From the human T2T-CHM13v2.0 reference genome, Homo sapiens, in assembly GCF_009914755.1 (NCBI RefSeq), contig NC_060940.1: a DNA stretch of 64,000 bases, one strand, 5' to 3'. The notes beneath the pieces were generated by a model. The model was given only the letters and a program-made list of their open reading frames with translations, did not search any database and was not told where the DNA came from. Positions 29,015-42,225 of this stretch are shown here, one piece after another; position 1 is the first letter of the stretch; each line of letters begins with the position of its first letter. A program made the translations under genes and the position numbers.

Positions 29015-30145
29015 TTTGAGATGGAGTCTTGCACTGTTGCCCAGCCTGGAGTGCAGTGGTGCGATCTTGGCTCACTGCAACCTCTGCTTCTTGGGTTCAA
29101 GTGATTCTTCCACCTCAGCCTCCTGAGTAGCCGGGATTATAGGCACCTGCCATCATGCCTGGCTAATTTTTATATTTTTGTAGAGACAGGGTTTTATCAT
29201 GTTGGCCAGGCTGGTCTTGAACTACTGACCTCAGGTGATCCACCAGCCTTGGCCTTCCAAAGTGCTCATATTACAGGCATGAGCCACCATTCCCGGCCTA
29301 TTTTTAAAGGGTCTGGAGTCAACAGTGCATGGATCCAGAACCGTGGGAACAAAGGGGTGGGCACAAGGGCGGGGTGGGGGGTGTGAGTTTAGAGAGGCTT
29401 CTCCCTATAAAGCTGAGCATGAACTACTTGGCACACCTGACGTTGAACCAGGAGCTGAGAACCACACAAGTTAGGAGTCAGAGCAGAGCTGCTCAGGACG
29501 TCAGTGCTGGCCCTGTCCCAGGTCAAGGGGATACCCCGGGAAGTGGCTGGACTGAGCCAAGTATCAGCTAGTAGTGGGTGCTCAAGGCTGGTGTAGAGGG
29601 GCACCGCCTCCCTGCCAGCACTGTCCTGACACTTGGACCCCATCAGCTCGTTCCAGCAGAGAACCACCCTGGGGAGGGGCCTAGCTATCTCCACTCCGCA
29701 GAGAAGGCTCCAGGAATCTGATTAACTAAGGCTGAGCCAGCAGAGAGACCAGATTCAGCGTCTAAATTCCTCCCCTTGTCAGGAAAGGGAAGGTTGTGCA
29801 GAAACCTGGACAGTGGACGCCGCGGGCACTTCCCACCCATGGCAGCAGGAGGGCGGGAGCTCAGAGAGGCTGGGCTCGCCCTGCCAGTGGAGTGGGGACT
29901 GCCAGATAAAAGACGAGGTCTTTCCTGGGCAGTGAGTGAGTCCTGGGGGCCCAGGGGCTTGCCTCCACACCTTGCACCTGCCCCCAGCAGCTTTCAGCTG
30001 CGGATTTCACGGCCTTTCCTGATTGTTGTTTGACTCCGTCATTTCTGTTGGTGATTCCAAAATGGTGACTTTCTAATTCAGTCATTATTTCTACTTTTAT
30101 TAGCTGGCATTCTTCTGTAAAGAACTTTCCTCAACGCTGAGATGA

Positions 30146-30790
<645 letters not shown>

Positions 30791-31492
30791 TAAATAAAAC
30801 AGGGGGGCTGCTCCTCCCGCCCCTGGATTGGATGCACTTTCCTGATTTAAAGGAGTCCTTGGCCACTCGTGACCCCGACTTGAACTGTGGTGTCCCCCAA
30901 AGTCTCTTTCTTTCCGCCCAGGAGTGTTCACTTGCTGGGCGGGGAGGAGAAATTGGGGTGTGACCCACTCAGCACAAACCCACGCCCTGGTCATAAAGCC
31001 GCACCATTTCCCCTGCAAATCCAGCCGTTCACTGCCCCGGCCACCGGGCTGCTTTGAAGGGGGATGAGGCATGGGGGCTGCTGAACCCACAACTGTCACT
31101 GGCAGCCACTGGCTGGAGTTGAGAGAAGTCAGGCTGGCTGGGGCCGTTGACCCTCGGAAGGACCACTGTCATAAGATGTGAGACCAGTCAGGGGCAGCTC
31201 AGATGGGGAGAGAGGCTGGCCAGGGCTTCCTTCAGCTGGGGCTGAGCAGTGGAGGGCCTGGTTCCCCATCCTGCCTGCCCTCCTGGGCCTGGGTCTTCCC
31301 AGCGATGGGGGCGACTGCAGCGCCTCTTGGGAGGGCGATCGTGAGAGGCAGAGGCCTCTGAGTGCTGGCTGAGGGGTGTCCACCCGTGGGACATGCTCCG
31401 TGCTCTTCTGTCTCGCCTGCCTCACAAGCTGAGCATGAGGAAGACCAGGCTGTGAGGTGACGCGTCCCCCCCACCCTTCCCCACAGGTGTGA

Positions 31493-31602
31493 ATGACAGA
31501 GGTGGTGCCATCCAGCGCGCTCAGCGAGGTCAGCCTGCGCCTCCTCTGCCACGATGACATAGACACTGTGAAGCACCTGTGTGGCGACTGGTTCCCCATC
31601 GA
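31493..31602 (+). CDS. NAA60: N-alpha-acetyltransferase 60 (NatF), coding exon 1 (exon begins 31487)
   Basis: ccacAG|GTGTGA-ATG; encodes MTEVVPSSALSEVSLRLLCHDDIDTVKHLCGDWFPIE; donor GA|GTAAGT; 110 coding nt. Confidence 0.97.
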
Positions 31603-32145
31603 GTAAGTGGAGCGGATTGCAGGGTTGGGGAGAGCCCGTGAGCCTCAGGTGCAGAAGCTGGGCGGCGGGGGTGGGGGCCTCTTGGGCCCTTAGGACCGTG
31701 CTGCAAAGATGGGAATGGCCTGGAGGGGCCACAGGGGTCCCAGGTTACCCACCTCATCTAGGGACCCCTGCTGCTGGGCTCTTTCCACCTCTCAGGGTGT
31801 GCAGAGTTCCCCAGAAGGGCTCTGTGAGAAATTTCAGTTACAGAGCTATCGGGTGTGGTGCTATTTATAATTCAGAAAATTTAGAAGCCACTCAAGTATC
31901 TTCACAGCAAGGAGTTGGTTACATGCATTAGAGTAATTAGAGTATGTGCATATAAAAGTGCAATATTATTCAGCCGGGAAAAAAAAACCTGTCAAAGAGT
32001 TATATTTTTTGATAGAGAAATCTTTTTTACAAGATATTAAAGGAGCCTGTAATCCCAGCAGTTTGGGAGGCCAAGGAGGGCAGATCACCTGAGGTCAGGA
32101 GTTCAAGACCAGCCTGACCAACATGGAGAAACCCCGTCTCTACTA

Positions 32146-32304
<159 letters not shown>

Positions 32305-32770
32305 TCAAAAAAAAGAAAGAAAGATATTAAAGGAAAAAAGTCAGTCTAGAAAATAGTATGTACCACGATCCTATTTTTATTTGAAAACATGTACAAGATA
32401 AAATTTTATAATGATAGGTATGAACTGAGCGGGGGTGAAAAAAATTTTACAAGGGGGTATGTACCATTTAACAGTGTTTCAGTATTTGAGGTGGGTAGAT
32501 TAATATTAGGCCCTATGATTGTTTCTTCTTGTCTGTCTTGCCTACAATATATGCACATACAGCTTTTTTGATGAAAAAAGTTGACACAAACTTTGAAAAT
32601 GGAAAATAAACAAGATCTTGCCAGCCACCAGCATTTCCTTGAGTGTTCACCTCAGACTGACTGAACCTCATGCTCTTGGCAGGGCGGTGGCAGGGACCCC
32701 TGTGCGTCTTTGTGGAAGCGGGAACTGTCACAGTCCAGGTGATGTGGGCTGGCGGTGGCAACATGAGTTA

Positions 32771-32935
<165 letters not shown>

Positions 32936-33184
32936 TCACGCCTGTAATCCCAGCACTTTGGGAGGCCAAGGCAGGCCTGAGGTCAGGAGTTCGAGACCAG
33001 CCTGGCCAACATGGTGAAACCTCATCTCTATTAAAAATACAAAAATTGGGCCGGGCGCAGTGGCTCACGCCTGTAATCCCAGCACTTTGGGAGGCCGAGG
33101 CGGGTGGATCACGAAGTCAGGAGTTCAAGACCAGCCTGTCCAAGGTGGTGAAACCCCGTCTCTACTAAAAATACAAAAAAATTA

Positions 33185-33325
<141 letters not shown>

Positions 33326-34281
33326 TCAAAATAATAATAATAATAATAATAATAAATAGGCCTGGTGGCACGCACCTGTAACCCCAGCTACTCGGGAGGC
33401 TGAGGCAGGAGAATCACTTGAACCCGCGAGTCAGAGGTTGCAGTGAGCTGAGATCACAACACTGAACTCCAGTCTGGGTGACAGAGTGAGACTCCATCTC
33501 AAAATAAAAATAAAAACGTGTTCTTCAGCCCAGCAATTTAACTGCTGGAAACTAATCTAGAGAAATAAAAGCTGCAGTGAGTGCATAGATCAGACTCTGC
33601 CCAGGGTTGCCTGAGAGCCAGTGGAGCCACGCTGGACCGTGGGCCTTGGCCATGTGAGCCACCCAGCCTGCCTGTCTCTCCTGCAGTTCTCGTGGGCCTA
33701 AGGTCTCAGGTTCCCAAGACTGTGACATGAACCGGGCTGTGAGGCAGCAAAACTAACCCTACACACCCTAGAAACTCCATGTGCCTCTGTCCTCCTGACC
33801 TTGTCTCTCTGGGGCTGGGGCTGGATTCGCCTGTTAATGACCATGTCCTGGGCCTTTATGCCCACTGTTTTTTTTGCCTGCTCCGCTCAGAGGGGTCTTG
33901 GCCTCATTGTTGATGAGCAGCCGTTAGCAGCCTCAGCCTCACATTCCCCTTAAGGGCGGGTTCCTCCCTGTCAGGGAAGGCATTGTAAACTCAAACGCCT
34001 GTCAGCTGTGAACCTGGCTCTTCCTGGAATCACTCCACTCCCCTAGTCTTCAGTGTCCAGAAGTCTCACAGATTCTCGTAGGCACTCCTCCAGTGTCCAA
34101 GGGTGAGAAGGGCCCTAAAATCTTCACTCACCTGGTGGAGGAACAGGGCCCTGCTGCTGACTCTCCATGAGTTGCTTCCATGGAGACAGTTTCATGTCGG
34201 ATAAAATTATTTTTCCCGGGCCAGGCGCGGTGGCTCACACCTGTAATCCCAGTACTTTGGGAGGCCAAGACGGGCAGATCA

Positions 34282-34503
<222 letters not shown>

Positions 34504-34735
34504 TCAAAAGAAAAAAATTCCCATCAGAGATCCCCAGTCCTGTCTAGACAGATCACTGCTTTAAGAAGGTGGCTGTGACAGTTAGGTAGAGACTTAAGTG
34601 ATGGGCACACTCCTCGGCAGCCTTAGAGCAGCAGGCAGAAGTGGCCCAGAGCTCCCTGTGGTTCTGATGTCTAGAGCACGACCATAGTTGGACTTGACCT
34701 GTGGCAGGTTCACCTGAGTATGTTCTGTTTCTCAG

Positions 34736-34865
34736 GTACCCAGACTCATGGTATCGTGATATCACATCCAACAAGAAGTTCTTTTCCCTTGCTGCAACCT
34801 ACAGAGGTGCCATTGTGGGAATGATAGTAGCTGAAATTAAGAACAGGACCAAAATACATAAAGAG
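34736..34865 (+). CDS. NAA60: NAA60 coding exon 2
   Basis: ctcAG|G; encodes YPDSWYRDITSNKKFFSLAATYRGAIVGMIVAEIKNRTKIHKE; donor GAG|GTACGT; 130 nt. Confidence 0.97.
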
Positions 34866-35572
34866 GTACGTACGTGTGTGCAGTGAGGACTTGGCAGTCA
34901 CTGTCATTGGACGGGCCAAGGGGGCTTGCGATGGAATCATGCTGCCTGCTCCACAGCCGTCGTCCAAGGAGCCTGTGACCCAAGGAATCCAAGTGGCCAA
35001 CGACACTTGTCCCTGGCTGGTGCTTTTCTGTGTGTGTGTGTGTGTGATTTCATGGTGCGTGGGCCTCCAGTCGTGCCCAGCAGCAGGCTTCATAACCACT
35101 GTCGTTCTGAAGCAGGCATGAGCGCAGATGATGCATTGAGAATCTGCAGTTACAACGTGCTATGAAAATACCCCTGATTTGTGTTGGCGGCAGTGTCATA
35201 GAAACCGCTAAGACTGCTTCAGCTTGTTGAAGGAAATGCTAGTTACAGTTAGAGGTCAGGGAAAGTACAGAGATAATTTTTTTTCCTCTAACTTCACAGA
35301 GCCCTTTAAGATCTAAGAACCCTTTGGGCATCCGTGGACCCACCTCAGTCTCACTTCAGGCTAGCAAACCCCAGTCTGAATGTAAACAGTAAGACCATGG
35401 CCATATTGTTCCAAATGGTTGAGTTTAGTCAAGATTCTGTGTGATGATGTTGGTCATCCCAGCATCTGAGGTAATGTTTACCACCCGAGGATTTAGCCAA
35501 GGAGGGAAAAACCCACCAACAACTGGCAGATGGTTCAATTTGTTTGGCTTGAGGTTATTTCTTTAAAAGTTA

Positions 35573-35947
<375 letters not shown>

Positions 35948-37766
35948 TCACGAGGTCAGGAGTTCGAGACCAGCCTGGCCAACATCGTGAAACCTTGTCT
36001 CTACTAAAAGTAAAAAATAAATTAGCCAGGCATGATGGCGCTTGCCTTTAATCCCAGCTACTCAGGAGGCTGAGGCACAAGAATCACTTGAACCCAGGAG
36101 GCAGTGGAGGTTGCAGTGAGCGGAGATTGCACTTTTGCACTCCAGCCTGGGTGACAGAGTGAGACTCTGTCTATAAATAAGTAAATAAAAGTGCAAGAAG
36201 GCCTGTCTCTCCCTTTAAGGACCCGAATCCACTGGCATCTACCCTGTTTTGCCTGTGGTCATACTCTGTCTGGCACAGCTTTTTTCTCCTGAGTCACTTT
36301 TTCTGCCCTAGCTTCCTCCTGAGCTTTTTTCTTTGATTTTTAAGAGCTAAGATGTAGCAGAAAGCAAGTGTCAACATTCTTTTCTCTCCTCTTTTTTTTT
36401 TATTGAAACGGAGTCTCACTATCACCCAGGGTGGAGTGCAGTGATGCGATCCTGATCCCGGCTCACTGCAACCTCCGCCTCTCAAGTAGGATTTTAGACG
36501 TGCGCCACCACACCAAGCTAATTTTTGTATTTTTAGTGGAGATGGGGTTTCACCATGTTGGCCATGCTGATCTGGAATCCCTGGCCTCAAGTGATCCGCC
36601 TGCCTCGCGGGAGTGCTAGGATTACAGGTGTGAGCCACCGTGCCCAGCCTGATCTCTCTTGTTAATGGGACACGTGGTCCCCCCCTTCCCCCAATGACTC
36701 ATTCCCCTGAACCCCATCCCCCTCCGGGTGGCTTTCCTGAGTGCCCCCTGGTGACTGTGTGCCTGCCCCCAGGTGGCGGCTGGGTCTCTTCCTCCTCTGG
36801 AATGTGTTTGTGTTCCCTCGAGGCCGACATGGGGACCCTTTGGCTCATGTTCCCGGCTCTCAGTAGAGGGCCCTCTGGCCTGCACGCTGGCACTCATTCA
36901 TCTGGCCCCTTCCTCTCAGGCTTAGTGAGTTCAAGGTCAGGGCAAAGTAGACCCTGTTAAGAGATGTCAGCTGGGGAACAGACACCCTTCCTGCAGGCCT
37001 GGAGTAACAAGAGTGATAAGGACGCCTTCCTCCCTGGACTGACATATCTGGGTGAACTGTGGCTTGAAGAGGGCTGGGAGAGCAGGGAGCCTGGACAGGC
37101 TGACCCCAGCCCAGCACGTGGGAGCAGAAAGGCCTTCTTGTTCTTTACGAGTTGGAAGATGATAAGAGCCTCATGCTGATCAGATTCATGACTCCCACCC
37201 GGAATTCCATCTCTAGAACCAAGAGATGGTGGGTGGCTTTACGCAGGTGTGGCGGTGTCCTCTGCCTGTGGGGGCAGCAGAAGGGGTTGGACGGCCGCCC
37301 AAGTCTCACTCCTCCAAGATCACCTGGGGCAGCGTGCGATTCTTTAACTGAACCTCTAAAACTTTGCATTTGTCCACTGTCCTGCATCCAGGCCTACCAG
37401 GTGACATGCGTGCATTCCCATGAGGCCCGCGTGGTGCTGTGTAGTTGCTGCCTTCATGCCATAACTTTACCTTGTGCTGGCATCAGAGCCTCATTCCCGT
37501 CCTTGGCTAGGCCTCCCACACACCCCTAGGAGAAGCTCCTTTTGTGTGTGTTCTTCTTTTCAGCTGTTTTTCACCAGAAGGGCATAAACGCTCTCATTTC
37601 CTTGGGGAGTGGGGGCCCCTCTCCAGTACCTCTTGATTCTGCCCCTCCCAGTCGGTGTCCCTCTGGCTGTCGTGGGAAGTCGGTGCGGAGCCCGCCTGGG
37701 CCGGGCTGTGCAGTGAGCCGTGCACCAGACGTGTGAGCCTGACTTTCTCTCTGACTCTTCCTCTAG

Positions 37767-37863
37767 GATGGAGATATTCTAGCATCCAACTTCTCTGTTG
37801 ACACACAAGTCGCGTACATCCTAAGTCTGGGCGTCGTGAAAGAGTTCAGGAAGCACGGCATAG
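37767..37863 (+). CDS. NAA60: NAA60 coding exon 3 (GNAT acetyl-CoA-binding motif)
   Basis: ctctAG|GAT; encodes DGDILASNFSVDTQVAYILSLGVVKEFRKHGIG (R-x-x-G-x-G motif); donor G|GTAAGG; 97 nt. Confidence 0.97.
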
Positions 37864-38627
37864 GTAAGGGCAGCCGGGCCCGCGGCTTGGCGCCCACCCC
37901 ACCCCCTTGCCCTACCCCACCCCCATCCCATCTGCACCCAGTCTCTTCCCTGGCCCCAACAACTCTGGCTCGTGAACATCCCTCAGTCTCATCTTCCATC
38001 CTCGTTCCCGTCTTGGGCCAGACCTTCATCATCCCTCCCCTGCCAGCACACCCACCACCTTCAGCCATCCTCTTTCCACATGCCCCCAGGCCTTTCTGCT
38101 GCAGCCTCGCTCAGCCCCCAGGATGGAGCTGAGGAAACTGGCACCTCTCACTTCTGCTGCCGCCACACGCACAACTCGTGTATTCACTGCTCACGATTCA
38201 GAGTAGAAAGCGTGAACACGCACGAGGAAGCAACACTCACCGTTTCTCCGATGTCCCACCCCACTCGGCCACACGGCCAGTGAGCGGCAGAGTCTTAATT
38301 AATTTTAAACCCAGGCCCATCTAGTCCATGTTTTCCTGGGCTCACATTTACCCTGTTTGTTGTCTGAAAGGGAGTCTCCATGCGGGCCCAGCCCATGGGA
38401 GGGCGCTACCAGGCCACCTCTGCAGTCCCTCCCAGCAGTCTGTAGCTACCAGGCTCCATCTGGCCATGAGATTTTAGGGACTTTGACAGTGGTGGTGAAG
38501 AAAGGCTGGTCTCTGATACGGTGGGCCGAGACATCTCCGAGAGACTCATGCAAAGCCCCCATCCTAGCCCAGTCATCCTTCCTTCCTAACTGCTCTGCCT
38601 GCATTACCTTTACCTCTTCTCCCCAAG

Positions 38628-38862
38628 GTTCCCTCTTACTTGAAAGTTTAAAGGATCACATATCAACCACCGCCCAGGACCACTGCAAAGCCATTTACCT
38701 GCATGTCCTCACCACCAACAACACAGCAATAAACTTCTATGAAAACAGAGACTTCAAGCAGCACCACTATCTCCCCTATTACTACTCCATTCGAGGGGTC
38801 CTCAAAGATGGCTTCACCTATGTCCTCTACATCAACGGCGGGCACCCTCCCTGGACGATTTT
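38628..38862 (+). CDS. NAA60: NAA60 coding exon 4
   Basis: ccccaAG|GT; encodes SLLLESLKDHISTTAQDHCKAIYLHVLTTNNTAINFYENRDF...YINGGHPPWTI; ends at the U12 donor TT|ATATCCTT; 235 nt. Confidence 0.97.
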
Positions 38863-39963
38863 ATATCCTTAACTTCTGGGGGAGAGGGACTGTGGCTTCC
38901 TGTCCATAAGGTGGCAGAGCCAGTGAGCAAGTTGGAGCTGTGGTCCCCCTCAGATGATGTTCAGGTGGCCAAGCTTATGGATGCTTCTCTCCCTTACCTG
39001 ATCGTGTTGTGGGTAAACCTGACACACATTTGGGTAAATCGAGTTGCACATATTACCATGTTGCCCAGGCTGGTCTCGAACTCCTAAGCTCAAATGATCC
39101 GCCTGCCGCAGCCTCCCAAATTACTGGGATTATAGGCATGAGCCCCGCACCCAGCTGGAGAGCCTCCTGCTCCACTTGCACTGGGGATCAGCAGTGCACA
39201 AAACGGACAGGATCCCCTGTCCTCCCAGAGCCTGTGCTAGCAGAGGGGAAACAAGTGCGGAGAGAAGAGATTTTTACTTTTTTTGAATACTTGGGTTCAA
39301 ACCTTCCTTATAGGATGCATGACCCAAAGGTATGCCCTTCCCTGCTTCTTCCTCCTTAACTTTCACTGGCCCCTGACAGGTCAGAGGGAAGCCAGGAAAC
39401 TTTATAATAGTCAGAATGTGGCCCAAAAAAATGCTGTGCGTGTGTGTGTGTGTTTTCAAATTCATGAGTCTAGGATTTATTCATTACATAGAATAATAAG
39501 CAGGAAAGAGAGGGGTGACCCCACACTCCACAGGCCGTCTAGCTTATGTGAAGACAGGCATCCAGGGGGTCAGCACTGTTGACCCCCTCCTTGTCATATG
39601 GACAGGGCTCTGTCCCTCTTGCTGCCACAAAGGTTGAGAATCTAGGGAGAACCAGAAGCACCTGCCCTTCTGCCAGGCCCCTTCCCCACCCCCCGTGCAT
39701 CCCTGGGTGTGGTGTTCACATGCCTGCTGCCTCACTCAGAAGGCCCTTCTGTCCCCAGACCCCACCCTCTGTTGTTTTGCACAGCAGAGGCCACTTCGTC
39801 TCATGAGCCTTTCCAGCTCTGCAGAGGCTTAGCGGGCTCTCAGCCTCCGAAGCCTGGCTTGCCATCTGCACACAGTCCCACAGGCCACTGCGCGGGCCCC
39901 TGATGACTGTGCCCTGGCGAGCGTGGTCAGGGCAAGTCGGAATCTTCCTTAACAGAGCCCCAC
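38863..39963 (+). other. NAA60: U12-type (minor spliceosome) AT-AC intron of NAA60
   Basis: 5'SS ATATCCTT at 38863, branch TTCCTTAAC at 39945-39953, terminal CAC at 39961-39963. This junction restores the frame (TT+G = Leu191) and gives a 729-nt CDS. Confidence 0.95.
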
Positions 39964-40120
39964 GGACTACATCCAGCACCTGGGCTCTGCACTAGCCAGC
40001 CTGAGCCCCTGCTCCATTCCGCACAGAGTCTACCGCCAGGCCCACAGCCTGCTCTGCAGCTTCCTGCCATGGTCGGGCATCTCTTCCAAGAGTGGCATCG
40101 AGTACAGCCGGACCATGTGA
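39964..40120 (+). CDS. NAA60: NAA60 coding exon 5 (C-terminal membrane/Golgi-anchoring region); the exon continues as 3'UTR to 40326
   Basis: Encodes DYIQHLGSALASLSPCSIPHRVYRQAHSLLCSFLPWSGISSKSGIEYSRTM-TGA. Total 110+130+97+235+157 = 729 nt = 242 aa + stop. Confidence 0.96.
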
Positions 40121-40326
40121 TGTCGGCTGGGCAGCCGCCACCAGGCCCCACCCTTCAGCCGCCCGCAGAGCCCGCCTTCCTGTCCATCTGACCCCTTCTG
40201 TTTTCTGCAAGGAGCTGCCAGCCATCTAACTGGGCTCGTCGGCCTGCCCCAGCTGCAGGCCCGGTGCTACACGGGCTCGGGAACAGAACATCGTGGGCAT
40301 GCGCAGAGCATGCCCATCCGTGGCAG

Positions 40327-40731
40327 GTACGCCACAGCAGACACAAAGGTATGGGAGCTTGGTGCCTCCAGCCACAAAAGCGGAAGGCCCTGGATGGGCA
40401 CAGAGAACGGCAGAGCCGGAAGGGGCCGTGGGGACTGCAGAGTCCACCACCTTATGCACCAGCACAGCCCAGAGGTTTGGTGACTTGTGCCAAGCTAACA
40501 CAGCAGGCTCCATGGCAACTGGGCTGTGCACCCGACTTTGGATCCATCAGTGCCTTTATTTGTGTGGGGACCGAGAGGCGCCTAGTGGCTGCAGGCAGAC
40601 ACCATGGCCTGGAGAAGGGCTCATGCTCCTGGAGCACCCAGGCCCAGCTGTGTGGCCCATAGGCAGGGTGTGGGGTGGGCAGAGTGTCTCCGCCGGGCCT
40701 TCACCCTGCCCTGCTCTTCTCTTTCCCACAG
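40327..40731 (+). other. NAA60: Intron within the NAA60 3'UTR
   Basis: Donor CAG|GTACGC 206 nt after the stop codon; acceptor ctcttctctttcccacAG|GCT. Consistent with my recollection of the annotated c.*206/c.*207 junction. Confidence 0.75.
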
Positions 40732-40734
40732 GCT
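40646..40734 (-). ncRNA. MIR6126: MIR6126 annotated hairpin (mature GUGAAGGCCCGGCGGAGA at 40704..40687)
   Basis: The reverse complement of 40687-40704 equals the miR-6126 mature sequence as I recall it. Stem GGCAGGGTG/CACCCTGCC. Whether it is a genuine miRNA cannot be judged from sequence. Confidence 0.7.
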
Positions 40735-42225
40735 CTTCAGCTCCCCTCCCTGCTTCTGGAAACCTCTGCCTGCTGCCCTGGCCCTGCCCCCCTGCGCATG
40801 CACCATCCCCAGGGCTGACCCAGTGTGGCTGCATTCACTGGGAGGGGCCTGCCCTCACTGGGCCTCTCCCACTCCGCTGCCTGTTCTTGCAGCTCCTTCC
40901 TGGAAAGCTGGAGGGGACTTTCTCCTGCAAGGGAGGAACGCAAGTATTATGGACACACTTGACCGTAAAGGCACAGGAGCCTCGGAACAAGGGGGCGCAA
41001 TAAAGGGAATGGCCCGTCCCCTTCCAGAACCAGCCCAAAGAAGCCTGGGGGGTGAGGAGTGGCCCCCACTCCTCCATGAGGGGCTGATGAGGGGTGGGCA
41101 GCCTGGGGGAGGCTTTCCTCGCAAGCACAGAGCTCTGAGGCTCAGCCCCCTGGCACAGGCGGTCACGCATCAGGACGGTTCCTACTCCTCAGCACCTTCC
41201 GTGCAGTTACCAGTGCCCTGGGAGGTCACACTGCCCGTCGGACCTTGGCATGCTCCATTCAGCTGACCTGCTGAGGACAGGCATCGCCGAGACTCCTTGG
41301 GTCCTCCCCGCCCTCCCTCATGCTGCCACAAGCTGCTGCTCCAAGGCCTGGCCACATGCAGACAGGAGGAAGCTGAGCTCGACATTAGGCCTCAAGGCTG
41401 CCATCTGTCTTGTAGGGCCTGGCCTTGTGGGCAGGGGGCAGTCCTGTGCCTTGTGGGCCCTCAGCCTCTGAGGGCAGAGATGCTGTCAGTGCCGCAGGTG
41501 CATCACATACTTCTAGCATCCTCTCCACCCTGCATTCCAAATGCTGCTTGCTGCCTGCCCTGCCCTCCGATGCAGGGGTGGGGTGGGGGGCGGAGTCCCG
41601 CCCAGCATAGCTGCAGTGTCACAAAGCCATGGCAGAGGGTCCTAGCGGCGCCACCCTGCCCCAGCCTGAGGAGGAGGGAGAGGGAGGAACAACCCTGGGC
41701 AGACGGGGTCTCAGGGACCTGTGTCCTTCCGCCTCCAGAGCTGCCCAGCCACGGGCTCTCAGGGTGCTGGGGCAGCCCCAGGTCCCCTCTTGAACTCAGC
41801 TGGGGCCAGGGGCCCTCAGAATGAAGGCAGGCACCAGGCAGGAGCAGCATCCCCCTCCTTGACGGTGCTGGCAGGAGGGCCGCGCCATGCTGACTGCTTG
41901 AACCTCTGCTGACCTGACAGTGCTGGCGGGAGGGCCGCACCATGCTGACTGCCTGAATCTCTGCTGAGGCTGCCTGCCTGCCGGGCCCAGCTCAGCGCCC
42001 TCTCCACTGCGAATCAGTGGCGATCATGTGATTTCTATTTCTGCCCCACAGGGTAAGGGACGAGTCTTCTGGAAGGCTCTGCCATGGACATTTGTCCTCG
42101 GGCTCAGAGGCCCCACCCTGCCCCACACCTGCCCCTAATCACTGCAGTGTCCAGCCCAGTGTTGAACAGATTGTAGCGTTCTGTCTCATTACGAGCAAAT
42201 AAATAGACTTTCATTGGAGTTCGTC
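40732..42225 (+). other. NAA60: NAA60 terminal 3'UTR exon (end approximate)
   Basis: Repeat-free GC-rich stretch running from the acceptor to the AATAAA signal. Confidence 0.75.
42198..42203 (+). terminator. NAA60: NAA60 polyadenylation signal AATAAA
   Basis: gcaAATAAAtag at the end of the repeat-free UTR; Alus resume at 42385. Confidence 0.85.

Noticed and set aside
39314-39329. 16-nt AG/GT-bounded micro-exon inside the U12 intron
   Set aside because: Its U2-type sites are incompatible with the flanking AT-AC sites, and it would shift the frame; no support from sequence alone.
40293-41943. ORFs of 236, 220, 175 and 146 aa in the NAA60 3'UTR
   Set aside because: GC-rich UTR with ORFs in several frames on both strands and no domain signal; the stop context TGA-TGT is not a readthrough motif.
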